NCBI GenBank assembly: GCA_964247055.1
Contig: OZ176056.1
Location: 4,960,001 to 5,024,000, forward strand
From: Paragordius varius
Lineage: Eukaryota; Animalia; Nematomorpha
DNA length: 64,000 nt
Direction of reading: 5' to 3'
Position 1 is the first letter of the stretch. Each line of letters begins with the position of its first letter. Position numbers and translations under genes: made by a program. Below are positions 38,493 through 51,800 of this stretch, piece after piece. Below the pieces are notes generated by a model. It searched no databases. It saw nothing but the letters and a program-made list of their open reading frames with translations, and was not told where the DNA came from.

Positions 38493-38935
38493 CTAAATAT
38501 CATAAAGATTATTATAATATCAACACTAAGTTCAGAAAAATAATTAACGAAATGAAAATCAATTATGTGTACACATATTAAAATTTTTTATCAAATGTTG
38601 ATTAATGGACCTATAAATTGTTATTTTGTTTGTAAAAAATAAATTTTAGTCCCTGCGAAATAAGACCATGAATACATGTTTTAAGTAATTTTTTTAAAAT
38701 TGTGTTTAATAAATTAACGGTAGTTTAATAAATACACATTACCTACTTTATTATTAGCCTATTGACATTGTCGTCAGTCAATTGGTAATACACTAGCGTT
38801 AAAACAACAATCGGCCAACTTAATCAATTATTTTATAGGATTTTATATTTTTTTAATTATAGGGACATGTTGATTAAATTAATTGCCATAATCCTTTGAT
38901 TAATTAATTACATTTTTTGTAGAAATGCAATATAA

Positions 38936-39997
38936 TACCAGGTGTAGCCATAAGTTTTTACCGGTTTAACCAAGAGAAGATGTGAGCAAAAAATGCGCCG
39001 ATAATTAATTTTATATATACCCCATTTTTTCCATCTGACATCAAACTACTATACTCCTAATTTGATTCCACCAAAAGGTAGCGTCTTATTTTATCTTTCA
39101 GTAATTATGGCGAATTTGGTGTACAAAAAAGTAGGAGGCGCGCATTGGTTGTCGTAATTCATCAGAAAAAATTTCTGTTGGTTGAAACATTTCAAAAACT
39201 AGCATCATCTATTAAAACATGTAAACGCGGGTGGAAAAAGTTTGACTATGGTGAAAGATAAGTGGCGCTTTATTAGGCCACACATCTGTAAAGACAATCA
39301 AGATTGGATGATGATCCAACTCAAACTCAACTATTGGCAGATAAATTACATGGTAAAACTCGCTATATGGGTTCCACATAATTTAAATGAATGTCATTCC
39401 AATTGTAAAGTGACTTGTAAAATCCTGCTTTAACGTCGCGAAAACATTTTTGCACCGAGTTAGGGGAGTTATAAGAGGTGGCTTTTATATTAAATCCAAA
39501 CCAGAAAAGAATGTAACCTTTATCTTGTTTACCCTGTCCATCATGGCCAAATTGCTTCGGTAAAAAGATTTTGCTATGCGTTTTATGGGACCGGTGTTGT
39601 GTATTATTAGCATTAGCCCGTTGCAACATTAACTCAAGAAAATTTTAGCAATATAACCATGAATTAATTCAGAACGGAAAGGGCCATAAGACATGGCAAA
39701 GTAGTCCAGGTAAGATGCTCCGATTCACACAGCAAAACCAAAAAAAGATACTTAAAAATGCTTCGATGGAAATTATTTATATCTTAACTCTGTCCTGGCG
39801 CCATCCGATTGCTACCTCTTAGAATTAATGAGGCACTTACGTGCAAATTTCGAAGACGTTTAAAAAGTGGTTATGGTTTTTCGCAAAAGAAAATCATTTT
39901 TTGGGTAGAACCCGATGAACAGTATTAATCAAATAAATAATATATTTTTTAAATTATTTTTGGACCAAACAACCGGTAAAAATGACTAGACCTGGTA
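38936..39997 (+). mobile_element. Mariner transposon remnant inside a micro-exon gene intron
   Basis: TIRs TACCAGGT.TAG.CAT...TTTTACCGGTT at both ends. WVPHNL (WVPHEL) and LAPSDCYL motifs. Confidence 0.88.
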
Positions 39998-40197
39998 TAT
40001 ATATTAATTTGTTAATTTAACTCAAATTAGATCCAAACGACTAAAATATTAGCTTGTTACATCATATTTTTTATCACCTTTTGAAGCTTCGTTATATATT
40101 AAATTTTCTAAATGTCTTAAATTGCACTCTATTACATATTTTTTTCTCATTGATAAGTATAACCCAGTAATAGTTTAATTAATAATAAAATTCTTAC

Positions 40198-40331
40198 CAT
40201 GAATTAGAATAAAAAAATCATTATTTTCCTTGATTCCTATGATTTTGTATGATATTAGTTACTTGGATCAGTGATAATACTATTTATTAAAGATTGTGTT
40301 GCATTTATGATATCGACATTATTGAAATTTC
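40198..40331 (-). CDS. Micro-exon block 6: xNFNNVDIINATQSLINSIITDP|RIKENNDFFILIH
   Basis: Exons 40331-40263 (69 nt) and 40236-40198 (39), both phase 1-1, separated by a 26-nt GTAACT...CATAG intron. The second donor is GTAAGA. Confidence 0.7.
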
Positions 40332-40934
40332 CTATAATTTACATTATAATTAAAACTAATTGTATAAGTATGCCCGAGTTGAAATTGGAATAGATACATG
40401 AGTATGATGGCTATCATAGCTAAATTTAATAAAAATATCGTAAATAACGTTTTGTAAGTTCAAATGTTTAAATTTATATGAACCTTACTTTTATTTTTGT
40501 GAAAGCTGACTCGAAAAACAACTCAACATGGGTAATTTGTATTTTAACCATATCTGATTAATGAGTAAATGTACTTTTTTCTCTCCATCACTAGATATTT
40601 TAAAATAGGAAATTTCGTTTAGTATCTTGTACTTACTCTTAAATATATGTATCGATATTATGTTTTTGTTAAATGTTTACAGCAGATATCCCTAAATTTT
40701 TATATTCCAAATTAGGCGATATATATAAAAATTCAGGATATTATTAACTGTTTTAATAAAATAATGTAAAATAGGCTTCTGTGAATTAATACAAAAAAAT
40801 ACAAGATCAGACTTATCGGATGCTGACATTATAAAATTGACGGGCAGAATATAAATTTGGTCTGAAAGGCTGTGCATCATATAATACGGATAAGTTTTTG
40901 ATAGAGCTTTATTTGTATCTATATATTAATAATA

Positions 40935-43668
40935 TAACATTTCCCAGTCAAAATAAACGTTTTCCCAGTCAATCATAACATTTTCCCAGTCAATCGAAAC
41001 GTTTTCCCAGTCAATCGAAACATTTTCCCAGTCAATAAAAACATTTTCCCAATCAATAAAAACGTTTTCCCAGTCTATAAAAACGGTTTTATCTTTGATG
41101 ATAAATATCAAAACAAGAATATAAAAACAACTTTTAACCATTATTAACATAATATTAGGATATTATTTTTTATAAAAACACAATCATTGAATAACAATTT
41201 TTCCAAGTATATTCCAGTGCACAATCATTAATAACTTATTCTTTAAAAGTTATATAGATAATATTTTTTATTTTATCGATGGTTCGCATAAATATTTGCG
41301 GCTAACTTAAAAAATATATAGTTACGGAGGAAATAATAAAATAAATAAAAATATACCATTTTTACCTCAAAGGTCATTTAACACTTCATATTGGATCTCA
41401 AACATAAATTTTACCCTAATTTTATAATATTATCATTTGGTTCATCGGGCCTAAGGCGGCCTTTCGAGTATCTTTGTGCGGCCGCGAAAAATTTGTAAAT
41501 CTATATGCAAAAATAGCCCACAAAATCTTAGTAATATTCATATTTTTTACGCAATTATTATGAATGAGTCTATTAAATTGGTAACGAATTAAAAAAAATT
41601 GTTATATTATGTTTGTATTTTACAGTCTTATTAATCGAAAAATTATGTTAATGCCCGTATATATTTCGATTGCGGAACGGTGTGCTTGAGTTAAAAATGC
41701 GGCCCGCGAAGGCATTTAGTTGGACACCCTTGTTTTAGTCAAATATCTTTTTTATTAAATATTTTAAATCAAAAAATCTTTATCAAAAAAATTTTTCGTT
41801 TAGATATTTTTTCCAACAAAATTTTTATCGACAAACGACATATTTAAAACCGTTGTGAAGCGTTCGGCAAATAATAATGCCAACCATCGATAAAATAAAA
41901 AATATTACTTAAAAACATCTCAAATTCCAAAAATATAACTTTTAAAGAATAAGTCATTAATGATTGTGCACTGGAATATACTTGGAAAATTTGTCATTCA
42001 ATAATTGTGTTTTTATAAAAAATAATATTCTTATATTACGCTAATAATGGTTAAAAGTTGTTTTTATATTCTTGTTTTGATATTTATCATCAAAAATAAA
42101 ACCGTTGTGATTGACTGGGAAAACGTTTTTTTTTGATTGGGAAAATGTTTTTATTGACTGGGAAAATGTTTCGATTGACTGGGAAAACGTTTCGATTGAT
42201 TGGGTAAATGTTTTGATTGACTGGGAAAACGTTTTTTTGACTGGGAAATGGTATATAAAAAAACGTTTTACCAGACAATCGAAACATTTTCTCAATCAAT
42301 CGAAACGTTTTCCCATTCAATCGAAACGTTTTCCCAGTCAATCGAAACATTTTCCCAGTCAATAAACGTTTTCCAAGTCAATATAAACATTTTCCCAATC
42401 AATAAAAACGTTTTCCCAGTCAATAAAAACGGTTTTATTTTTAATGATAAATATGAAAACAAGACATAAAAATAACTTTTAACCACCATCAGCGTAATAT
42501 TAGGATATTATTTTTTATAAAACACAATTATTGAATAACAATTTTTCGAATTATATTCCTGTGCACAATTATTAATGACTTATTCTTTAGTTATATTTCT
42601 TAGAATTTGAGATATTTTTAAGATAATATTTTTTATTTTATCGATGGTTCGCATGAATATTTGCGTCTAACTTATAAAATCTATAGTTACGGATGAAATT
42701 ATAAAATTTATAGAAATATTCTATTTTTATCTCATATTGGTCATTTAACGCTTCAAAACAGTTTTTAAACATGTCAAGTTTGTCGATAAATATACTGTCG
42801 GAAAATATATGAAAAAATTTAGATATTTTAAAACATTTTATAAAAAAGGATATTTGACTAAAATAGGAATGCCCAACACAAATGGCTTCGCGGGCCGCAT
42901 TTTTAACTCAGCACGGCGTTCCATTCGAAATTACGGGCATTCATAAATAATTTATTTGATTTTAGACATAAGACTGTAAAATACAAACACAATATAGCAA
43001 TTTTTTTATTCGTTGTCAATTTAATAGAATAATTGCGTAAGAAAAATGAATTTTACTAAGATTTTGTGGGCATATTTTTCATATGGATTTCCAAATAATT
43101 CGCGGGTCGCACAAAGAATGGGCCGCGTTTGGCCACATCTGGACCAAATAATAAATATAATAAAAATTAGGGTAAAATTTATGTTGATCCAATATGAAGT
43201 GTTAAATGACCAATTGGAGATAAAATTGGAATATTTTTTTAATTTTATTATTTCATCCGTAACTATAGATTTTATAAGTTAGCCGCAAATATTCATGCGA
43301 ACCATAGATAAAATAAAAAATATTATCTTAAAAATATCTCAAATTTTATGATATATAACTAAAGAATAAGTCATTAATAATTGTGCACGGGAATATAATA
43401 CGAAAAATTGTAATTCAATAATTGTGTTTTAAAAAAAATAATATCCTAATATTACGCTGATAGTGGTTAAAAGTTATTTTTATGTCTTGTTTTGATATTT
43501 TTCATTAAAAATAAAACCGTTTTTATTAACTGGGAAAACGTTTTTATTGATTGGGAAAATGTTTTTATTGACTGGGAAAACGTTTATTGACTGGGAAAAT
43601 GTTTCGATTGACTGGGAAAACGTTTCGATTGACTGGGAAAACGTTGTTTTTTTGACTGGGAAATGGTA
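40935..43668. mobile_element. Inverted dimer of TACCATTT-ended foldback elements, subfamily F
   Basis: TIR TACCATTTCCCAGTCAA and 21-bp arrays gactgggaaaacgtttcgatt. Element 1 is 40935-42253 and element 2 is about 42262-43668. Each carries a hAT MITE, in opposite orientations. Confidence 0.88.
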
Positions 43669-43732
43669 TATGTATACGGTTGTATTATTGTAATTGCTAG
43701 CACAAAGTTAAATCTTAATAAAATTGTTATTC

Positions 43733-44345
43733 TAGGACTATTCCGGTATGACTAAGACAAACATGCTTGAACAATATATGTACCTAACGGGTTAGGCGAT
43801 TGTAGCTGGGCAACAATATTGGAGGGTACCAAGAATTGATTTGAAAATAAAAAGCCCGGTTTGATTTTGCCAAATTGAAACCGGATTAGCCCTTCTGATA
43901 CGGATGATGAAGGAAGCCGTTGGTAAGTGTAGTACGGTATTGATATCGAGGAAAAAATTCGGCATGTGTTTATAAATAAGTTGCAGGTGCAAAAACTTGA
44001 AAAATCTCCTGACACGTTTTACTGACTCAAGTATTGATGGTGCGCGGTAGATTTGAATACTTTATAAAACAACGCCATGAATTATGAAAGGGTGGTAGAA
44101 GATTTTGCTGTGAGTCCATAATCGCCGCAAAGCAATTGGAACTCCTAAACACTGGATACCAACACGCAATAAGCCGATGTCCTGCGTAGAAGCCTTTTCA
44201 ATCGAAATGTACGAAACCTATGGGTAAAATCGATAATATTGGAGTTAACAAAAGCTGCCGAGATAAACACCTAGCTTAACGGGTCATCGAGACGAAAGCA
44301 GTATGAGACCGGGTCGCCCGTATCAATCATCAATCGTGACGCTTG
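43733..44345 (+). mobile_element. Decayed Gypsy gag-protease fragment
   Basis: Stop-riddled, GC-richer frame ending in ETGSPVSII, which matches the DTGSPVSII aspartic-protease motif. Confidence 0.55.
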
Positions 44346-45038
44346 GAAATTGGTTGGCATTCCAAAACTTTAGCGATTCAAAAAAATTTAATGAAAAAAA
44401 TGGCGACGAAAAATATTTGAGATGCAGATATTCTTTTTTAAAAAATATGAAACAAGCGCCTTTAAAGCTAGGAAAGCATATTTAAATTAGGCCTAATTCA
44501 TTAAATACTTTTTATTCATATTCGAAATTCCTTATATAAAACTACCCCAACATGAAGTGTTAAATAATGTAAATTAGTATTATAATATCTAAAATTCCAT
44601 TTTTCATAAAACTTTAGCCAAAATTCTCCACCATTAAGAAAAAAAGGCAGTATTAGTAGTATTTCATTAAGACTATATCGCATTACATCAGCATTTGAAA
44701 AATGGTTATATATATAATAAAAATCGTATCTTAGTATTTCTCGCGTTTTATTTTTGTTGTTCTATCGAAAACCAAGTGCGAGGATTAAAATTATTTAATT
44801 TGAACAAATCGTTATTATAGCATGCTTATATATTTTTCCAATTTTTTCTTAAAGGTGCTTGCCATATATCCAAAAGCATTTATTTGGATCAATGTCAAAA
44901 ACCCTCATATATGTCGAAATAAAATATTTTAATATAAAAAGTTTGAAAATAGCATTGCAAATATATTTAGCAAAATATTCAAGGTCCGTCATATGGTAAT
45001 TAAAAATTTTGATTAAAAATATTAAGGATCATATAATA

Positions 45039-47270
45039 AATTGGTACTCACCAAAAAAATTTGACGGTCTAAATAAAACATTTTTTTCCATGAACCTTAC
45101 AATGGCAAATCTTCCATAGCTATTTGGCACATATGCGCATATTTATACTCTAAATCACCACGATAAATTTTTTTGCGGATCGCATGTATCTATCTAAGAA
45201 CTCGTTTTGCACCTTGATAAATAATTAAATTTTGATAAGAACATTTATTTTGATAGTAACCAATAATTTTTGACAAATTTGGTTTTGCCTCATGACAAGC
45301 CAATCTTAATACGTCGTCCATATGATCATCTGTTAAACAGTTTCTTAATGTATTCTTGGCATTATTTTTGAAAATGCCGTCTCACACGTGTAAGTTGAAA
45401 AAACAGTTAGCATAACTTGAGCACATATCTTTATACTTGCTGAAATTATCTTTTTTTCTATGATTCTCCTTGATAGCCTCCGAATTGGAAACATTTTTAA
45501 AATCTACGAATTCTTCAATGATATGCGTCTGATCAAAACCGAGATGCTCAAGTTGCTCAAGAGGGGATATATCCATATGCCATGGATTTTCAACGAATTT
45601 TAATTTGATGAAAATGTTAAATGATTGTCTATTATTTAATTAATCTCCGCGGTAAATTCCATATTTTTTCATGAATCGGTTTAAGCGCTGGAAAATATAG
45701 GAGTGTTTTATTTATAAAATCTTGTTTATATATTAATTTTTCTTCAAAAACAACTATTTGATTAGCAAATTGGGTTATTATTTTGCTCCCATGAAGACTT
45801 TTATTAAAAATACTAAGTTTATAAGTAATGTGGCAAAGGTAGGCTAATAACCACCATTTGTCAGTATTAATTTTCTTGTCACACATTCTGTTATCTTTTA
45901 TAAATTATTTAATTTCAGTTTTAAAACAAAAAATCTAATTAATACTTTGCTAAGGCTTAGCCATCCCACAGTGATTTACAAAATATATCATCAAACTTAT
46001 TGTGAATATCTTTCAGATTTTTTTTGAATTTAAGGCTGTTGAAATCTCTACCACGGATGTGGTTAACTATGGCCACAACCGTTTTAATTACTGAATTGAG
46101 TGATTCATATTTTACACGCGAACCAAGTCTTGCTGATGAGCAGTGAAAGGATAAAATTATTTGCAAGTTATATTTGTTTTTCAAAGAGTAATAATCCTTT
46201 GTTTATTCCAATCATAGAGGGACAGCCATCTGTGCAGATCGAAACCAATTTCTTCATAGATATACCATTATTATCGAAAAAAGAAGCTAATTGAGATAAT
46301 CACTTTCTTTAGTGGTATTATTCCTTGGTAAAAATTTTAAATATTCCTCGTTGATTATGTTGTCGTTGCGAAATCTTACTAAGAGCGCATATTCAGGTGT
46401 AATATCAGTGCTAGAATCAATAATAAATAAGTGCAACCATTTATTAGACTTTCTTTTATTTGTTGGGATTCAGTAAACGGTTTCACATTTTATCCTATTG
46501 AATACGAAACTTATTTTACAGCTTCCTGGGAGAAAGCTATGGACATAATAAATTTTTCTTTCATAATTTCTTAATCTTTTTATATTTTTCGTTTCTTTCC
46601 TCATGATTTTCTGGTAATTTATGAGAATGATGGATGTAAAAAGTCTTTCAATATTGTATTTTTTTATAATTATGTTGTCCTTACATATAAGGCAGATAAC
46701 AACATTTTATCAAAAACCACAAAGAATTTTTATTTTCTTTATGAGCGATTTATATCGGATAATTTAATTTTTTAGCATTAGATGTCATCCTTTGAATTTA
46801 TATTTAAATATTATGTAAATTTTTTTCAAAAAAATTGGAATATATTTTGAATTATGGTATAAAAAAATAGGTTTGATTTGAAAAATATTTTATGGGAATG
46901 AGTTAATACCGATGCGGTATAGCAATAAAAAGAATATGTATATGCAAGTTTGGGTGAAAGGCTTGCGTAAATACAAAAATGCAATAAAAATTTCAAAATA
47001 GAAAAGAAAATAGAATACAGAAACAGAAACAACGTGTGCCAAAGTTTTGGAATCATTTTAATGTAATGAGATTTTCCTACATTTCAAATTGGGTAAAAAA
47101 TAAAAATTACCAAGTTAAATCCAAAGATATTAAATATAAGCGAAAATTCGTTTATGTGTAATTTAACAATCATTAAAAAAAATAATTTAAGTATCAATAT
47201 GGTCATAGGGCAATTTTAATGCATTCTTAGGGCCGCATGCGGCGCGCGGGCCGCGGTTTGAGTACCAATG
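45039..47270 (-). mobile_element. hAT (Charlie/Buster-like) transposon with decayed transposase
   Basis: TIR (C/A)ATTGGTACTCA, 8-bp TSD ATATAAT(A/G), subterminal GGCCCGCG..CCGCATGCGGCCC. Transposase fragments VVAIVNHIRGR and WLLAYLCHI...FNKSLHG. Confidence 0.88.
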
Positions 47271-48474
47271 ATATAATGAATATTTTTTACATTTACAATA
47301 TTAATAAATGAATGTCAGTTTTCATTCACTTAAAATACGGATGTTATCTAAAACAAGTTAATAACAGAAAACTAAAACAAATAGATTTTGCAAAAATCAC
47401 CATATTATTAAAAAACATTGATTTTGTATTAATTAAGGCAGAAAAATAATTTTCAAAATAATTGAAATTTTGATATTATAATAATTTAACACCCGATCTT
47501 TGAGGTTGCAACTAATCTGTTTAGTAGTATGTCCAAATTTATAACCATTTATGTCATTCAATATTAATTTTTGTTTAATACCGGGAATCGTTATATTTTT
47601 TTGGTATAATAAAAATATTTTAAAATTCATATGCAAAAATTAAACTTTTGCTTAAACCCAAATAATTTTTAAAATCCTAAGTATATCAAAAATTCTTAGT
47701 TAACCATTTTAACAATCCCCTAAATATGAAAATAGTAAGAAGAACGGGAATGTGTAATTATAAGTGGGTGCATGCAAGAGGCTTTCTCTGAGAAGTCTTT
47801 GCAAACGCACATATAGTCAATTAACATACAGCACATTTATTTCAGTCTTCCGACTAAATGGGGATCTTTGGGGAGAGAAGGCTTTTGATGAATATTTTTA
47901 GAAATATGGATAAATTAAAATCTTTGAAGCGCTTATGTAACATTGATGCTCCGAATTATAAAAAAAGATTAATTAAAAAAACTTGATATTACTTATTTTA
48001 TGAAATAACCTCAAGGTAAAAATTTGGTCAAAATGACATGTACGCATTAGCTAAATATAAAAATTTGCAAAATAAATTACTTTTTCTGTTTATATCAATC
48101 TTAGATGTGATCAAAAAATAACTTTAAACTTGTCAAAACATTGTAAAATAAAAAAGGTGTGGAATAAGTCTGATATGGAATTTTCTTTTCAAAAAAAATG
48201 ATTTGACTTATTATAATTTTTACTAGTATAGATGCATGACTTAGAACCGTTTCTTGTAGTCTAACTTAACTGGAGGCACAAGATAAATCCAATTTATATA
48301 CGAAATGGTAACACTTCCGATATATTATCCAGAGAAAAGCATATAAAATTAAAAATAGATTTTGGACCCTTAAGGCAGAAAAATATTTTGCCACATTTAT
48401 TAAATGATATAGATCTGATGCACATATAACAACATAAAACAATAAAAATTTAAATATGAATAATAATTCCATTT

Positions 48475-48890
48475 TTACATGGATGGCTTGGCTTTTTTCA
48501 ATTGAGATCTTTGTTTAGCCTCCAATAATCGCAACAATCTTTTGCTTTCTTGAGTCAATTCTTTTTTGCATTCATATCCAACAATTTGCTTAATTTCATT
48601 TGGTAATTTAAAATTTAAGCAGGACATATCTTTGACTGTACTTTGAACGTTTGATTTGAATTTATCCTTAAAATTGAATTGTTTGTTAGCTTCCAAAAAT
48701 GTATTATTGCTTAAACTTTGGTTTTCATCATTGGGATTTAATTTAGGATTACATGCCACAATAGATTGGTCTATGGAATTAAGCTTTGACACTGGTGGAC
48801 AGATAACAGAAAGATTAAACCTCTGGGGCTCATTACTTTTTGGCAAAATTCTATTGGACGGTTTCACGTAAAAGGGTTTCCAAAATTTAT
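48475..48890 (-). CDS. Orphan coding exon, possibly terminal (KFWKPFYVKPSNR...KELTQESKRLLRLLEAKQRSQLKKAKPSM)
   Basis: Pyrimidine-rich acceptor tttcgtactccag at 48891. About 137 open codons with protein-like composition. Ends either at the stop or at donor GTAAAA (48478). Confidence 0.6.
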
Positions 48891-51800
48891 CTGGAGTACG
48901 AAAATAAATTAAAATAATTGTGTGCCATTCTTTTGAATTTCAAGAATGTCCTTGAACACTCAAGTTGATACATAAACATTTCTGGTGGGTTCTGAACAAG
49001 TTACTCCATAATTGTTTAAATTTGGATTTAACCAGTTTGTATATATTTTTTATTTTATTATTTTTCCCTGTTTCTCCATTTACTATGTATTTTATCCATT
49101 TATTTAATATTAAATTTTTTATTTAAAAGCCACTGTTTTGTATCGAATAATTTTTTTTTAATTCAATAATATTATTAACAATCTATTGCCTTTTAAGGTT
49201 GTTTTATAATCCAGAAAGATTTGAATATCTTAAAAAGAATTTAAGGTTTAAGCCGAATAAAAAGATATGCTTTTAGGCGCATTATACAAAAAATAATGAA
49301 AAACATGTAAAATTTAAAAAAATCCTAATCTCAACTTTTTAGTCACCATTTTTTTCTTTAATTTTATATCGCTAATGCAACAGGCAAATAAATGTATTTT
49401 ATCGTTATTAAATTTAAATTAGCTTTAAGAAGCTTTCTGGCTACATTTCAGCAAAAAATTGATATATTTTAATTTTGAGATCATCTCTTTGTTTCAATCA
49501 TGTTTTGGGTTAGTCCCAATTTAACTGAAAATACCTTAAACTGTTTATTAACGAATCTGGGATATTTCCAATTTACCAAGACAAAAAGGTGAAAAAGTAA
49601 AAAATAACATATTTTAATGTTATTAAAATTGACTTGATCCAGTAAACTATATTTTTCAATTAAATGTTATATTTCTATTAATTTTAAAATATTTTTTACG
49701 AAATTAATATATATTCCGTTGAATGATAAAAGGTAATATTAATTTAAAAGTTTAGGTTAAAGAAAATAGGTTAAAAATGATAAAAAAGATAATGAGACAC
49801 GGTGTGATTAATAATAGTTCATGTTCAAACTTGAAGTGTTCAAGGACCACCAACTTTAAATGTTTGAGGACCAAATTCAAAACTCTAATGCAAATGCTAT
49901 ATATAAGAAATTGATCCATTTGTATTTTATTAAATTTTAACTTTGTATCACTCATAGCCCATATACACCATGTTTCATGCAAATATTAAAATATATCATA
50001 TGATTATTACCATAGATTCGTTATATATTATCTTTGCTCCTTTTTAAACTATTAAATTACAAATTATCTAAATATTTATACAATATACTTTTTATTATTA
50101 AAAAAGCATTTTTTCAAGCAAACGAAACTTTTTTTTTAACCAAACGCAGCATTTTTTCAAACAAACGCAATTCTTACCGTACGCAACATTTTTTTGACCA
50201 AATTTTTTCAACTAAAAAAATGTTGCGTTTACTTAAAAAATGTTTCTTTTGATTGATAAATAGATGTTTACATTTAGAGACTAAGAGTTATTTGAATATC
50301 AATATTTAACCCCAAAAACTTTTCGATACATTATTGTTAAAATATCGGAATATTGAAACATAATTATAGATTTTTAATTTATTATTAATGTACCAACCCG
50401 TATAAATATTAAAAATATTAATCTTTTTCATTCACAAAGTTAGTCCTTTAATATTACATGTATGTCTTGAATGCGAAATCTGGAAGAACATAACATAGTA
50501 TATAAAAGACGAAGGAAACAAAAAATGCGAAAAATATGTGATAATTCGCGCTATACTTTAAATTTTAACTTTTATGTTTATTTAAAGTCAATTAAAGTTT
50601 AATTAAATAGTCACTAATAATGTCAAATATATCACAAAAGCTTATTAATGATTGTAAATTATACGAAATCATTCTCAAAATGAATAAAATTTAAAATAAT
50701 AGTCTCTTAACCAATATTTTCTATCAAACCTCAAAGAAATAAACCTTTTCCCTCCTAGATCCTAACTGTAAAAAATACTACGAATTATCTACATCAAGAA
50801 CCCTTTTTGGAAAATATATGACATCTCAAATTTTTATTAATTATATAACAATTAAAAAACTTTTTATAAACACTTGAAAAAATCCCTAGACCCATACTCT
50901 AGTTTATCTGCAATTAACTTAAAAATTGGATATATTATTTCAAAATCGAAAAAGTCCATGATGATCAACAATAATTAATTTGCTTATAAGCACTGTTTAG
51001 TAAAAAAGTTCTATAATTTAATTATTGTTTTGTGGCCGGGAGTAGCCAGTTTATACAACATCATGATAAATGAAATAAATATATATATACCATTTGTACT
51101 TCAAGAGTGTCCTTGAACAGTTCAAGTTGGTCCTTGAACACTTCAAGTTGGTCCTTAAAATTTATAAATTTTGATTTAACCATAATTTTTGCATTTATCT
51201 CTTTAATTTATTATTTATTAACCTAATTTTCTTTATTTATATATATTTATTCATTTAAAAATAAAATTTTTTATTTAAAAACCACTTTTTTGTTTCAAAC
51301 TAGTTTTTTTCAATTGAACAAAATTATTGACTTCTAAATGTTTTCAATAAAAAATTTTAATTATTAACAGAAAAACTTATATATTTTTTCATTTCGTGTT
51401 AAAATCTTAAAAATATCCAAAATTATTTTAAGAAATTAATTAAAGATATACGGTTTCTCAAAGTTTAAAAGTTGATATCGATTTAAAATGTTAAATAATA
51501 GAAAATAGGTGAAAAACTATAAAATAGAATTATTTACGATTTGATTGATAAAAGTTAAAAACAAAACCAAAAAGTCAAAAAAATCAACTTAAAGTGTTCA
51601 AGGACCAATTTGAAATGTTCAAGGACCAACTTGAACTGTTCAAGGATCAACTTGAATTGTTTAAGGACCAACTTGAAGTGTTCAAGGACACTCTTGAAGT
51701 GCAAATGGTATATAAACAATTAAAAAAAATGGCAAAATTCTATCAATTTTACTTGAATTGTTTTATTGATTAAATACTATCAGAAGCATTTTAATTTATT

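Noticed and set aside
40935-43668. 21-bp periodic arrays as a CRISPR array or as real IDWENVS-repeat proteins
   Set aside because: The units abut with no unique spacers, lie in both orientations inside transposon TIRs, and no cas genes are present. The ORFs are by-products of a 3n repeat.
36338-43668. Transposon 21-bp arrays as the source of the 21-nt micro-exons
   Set aside because: The period is the same, but I saw no sequence similarity and the arrays lack AG/GT exon borders.
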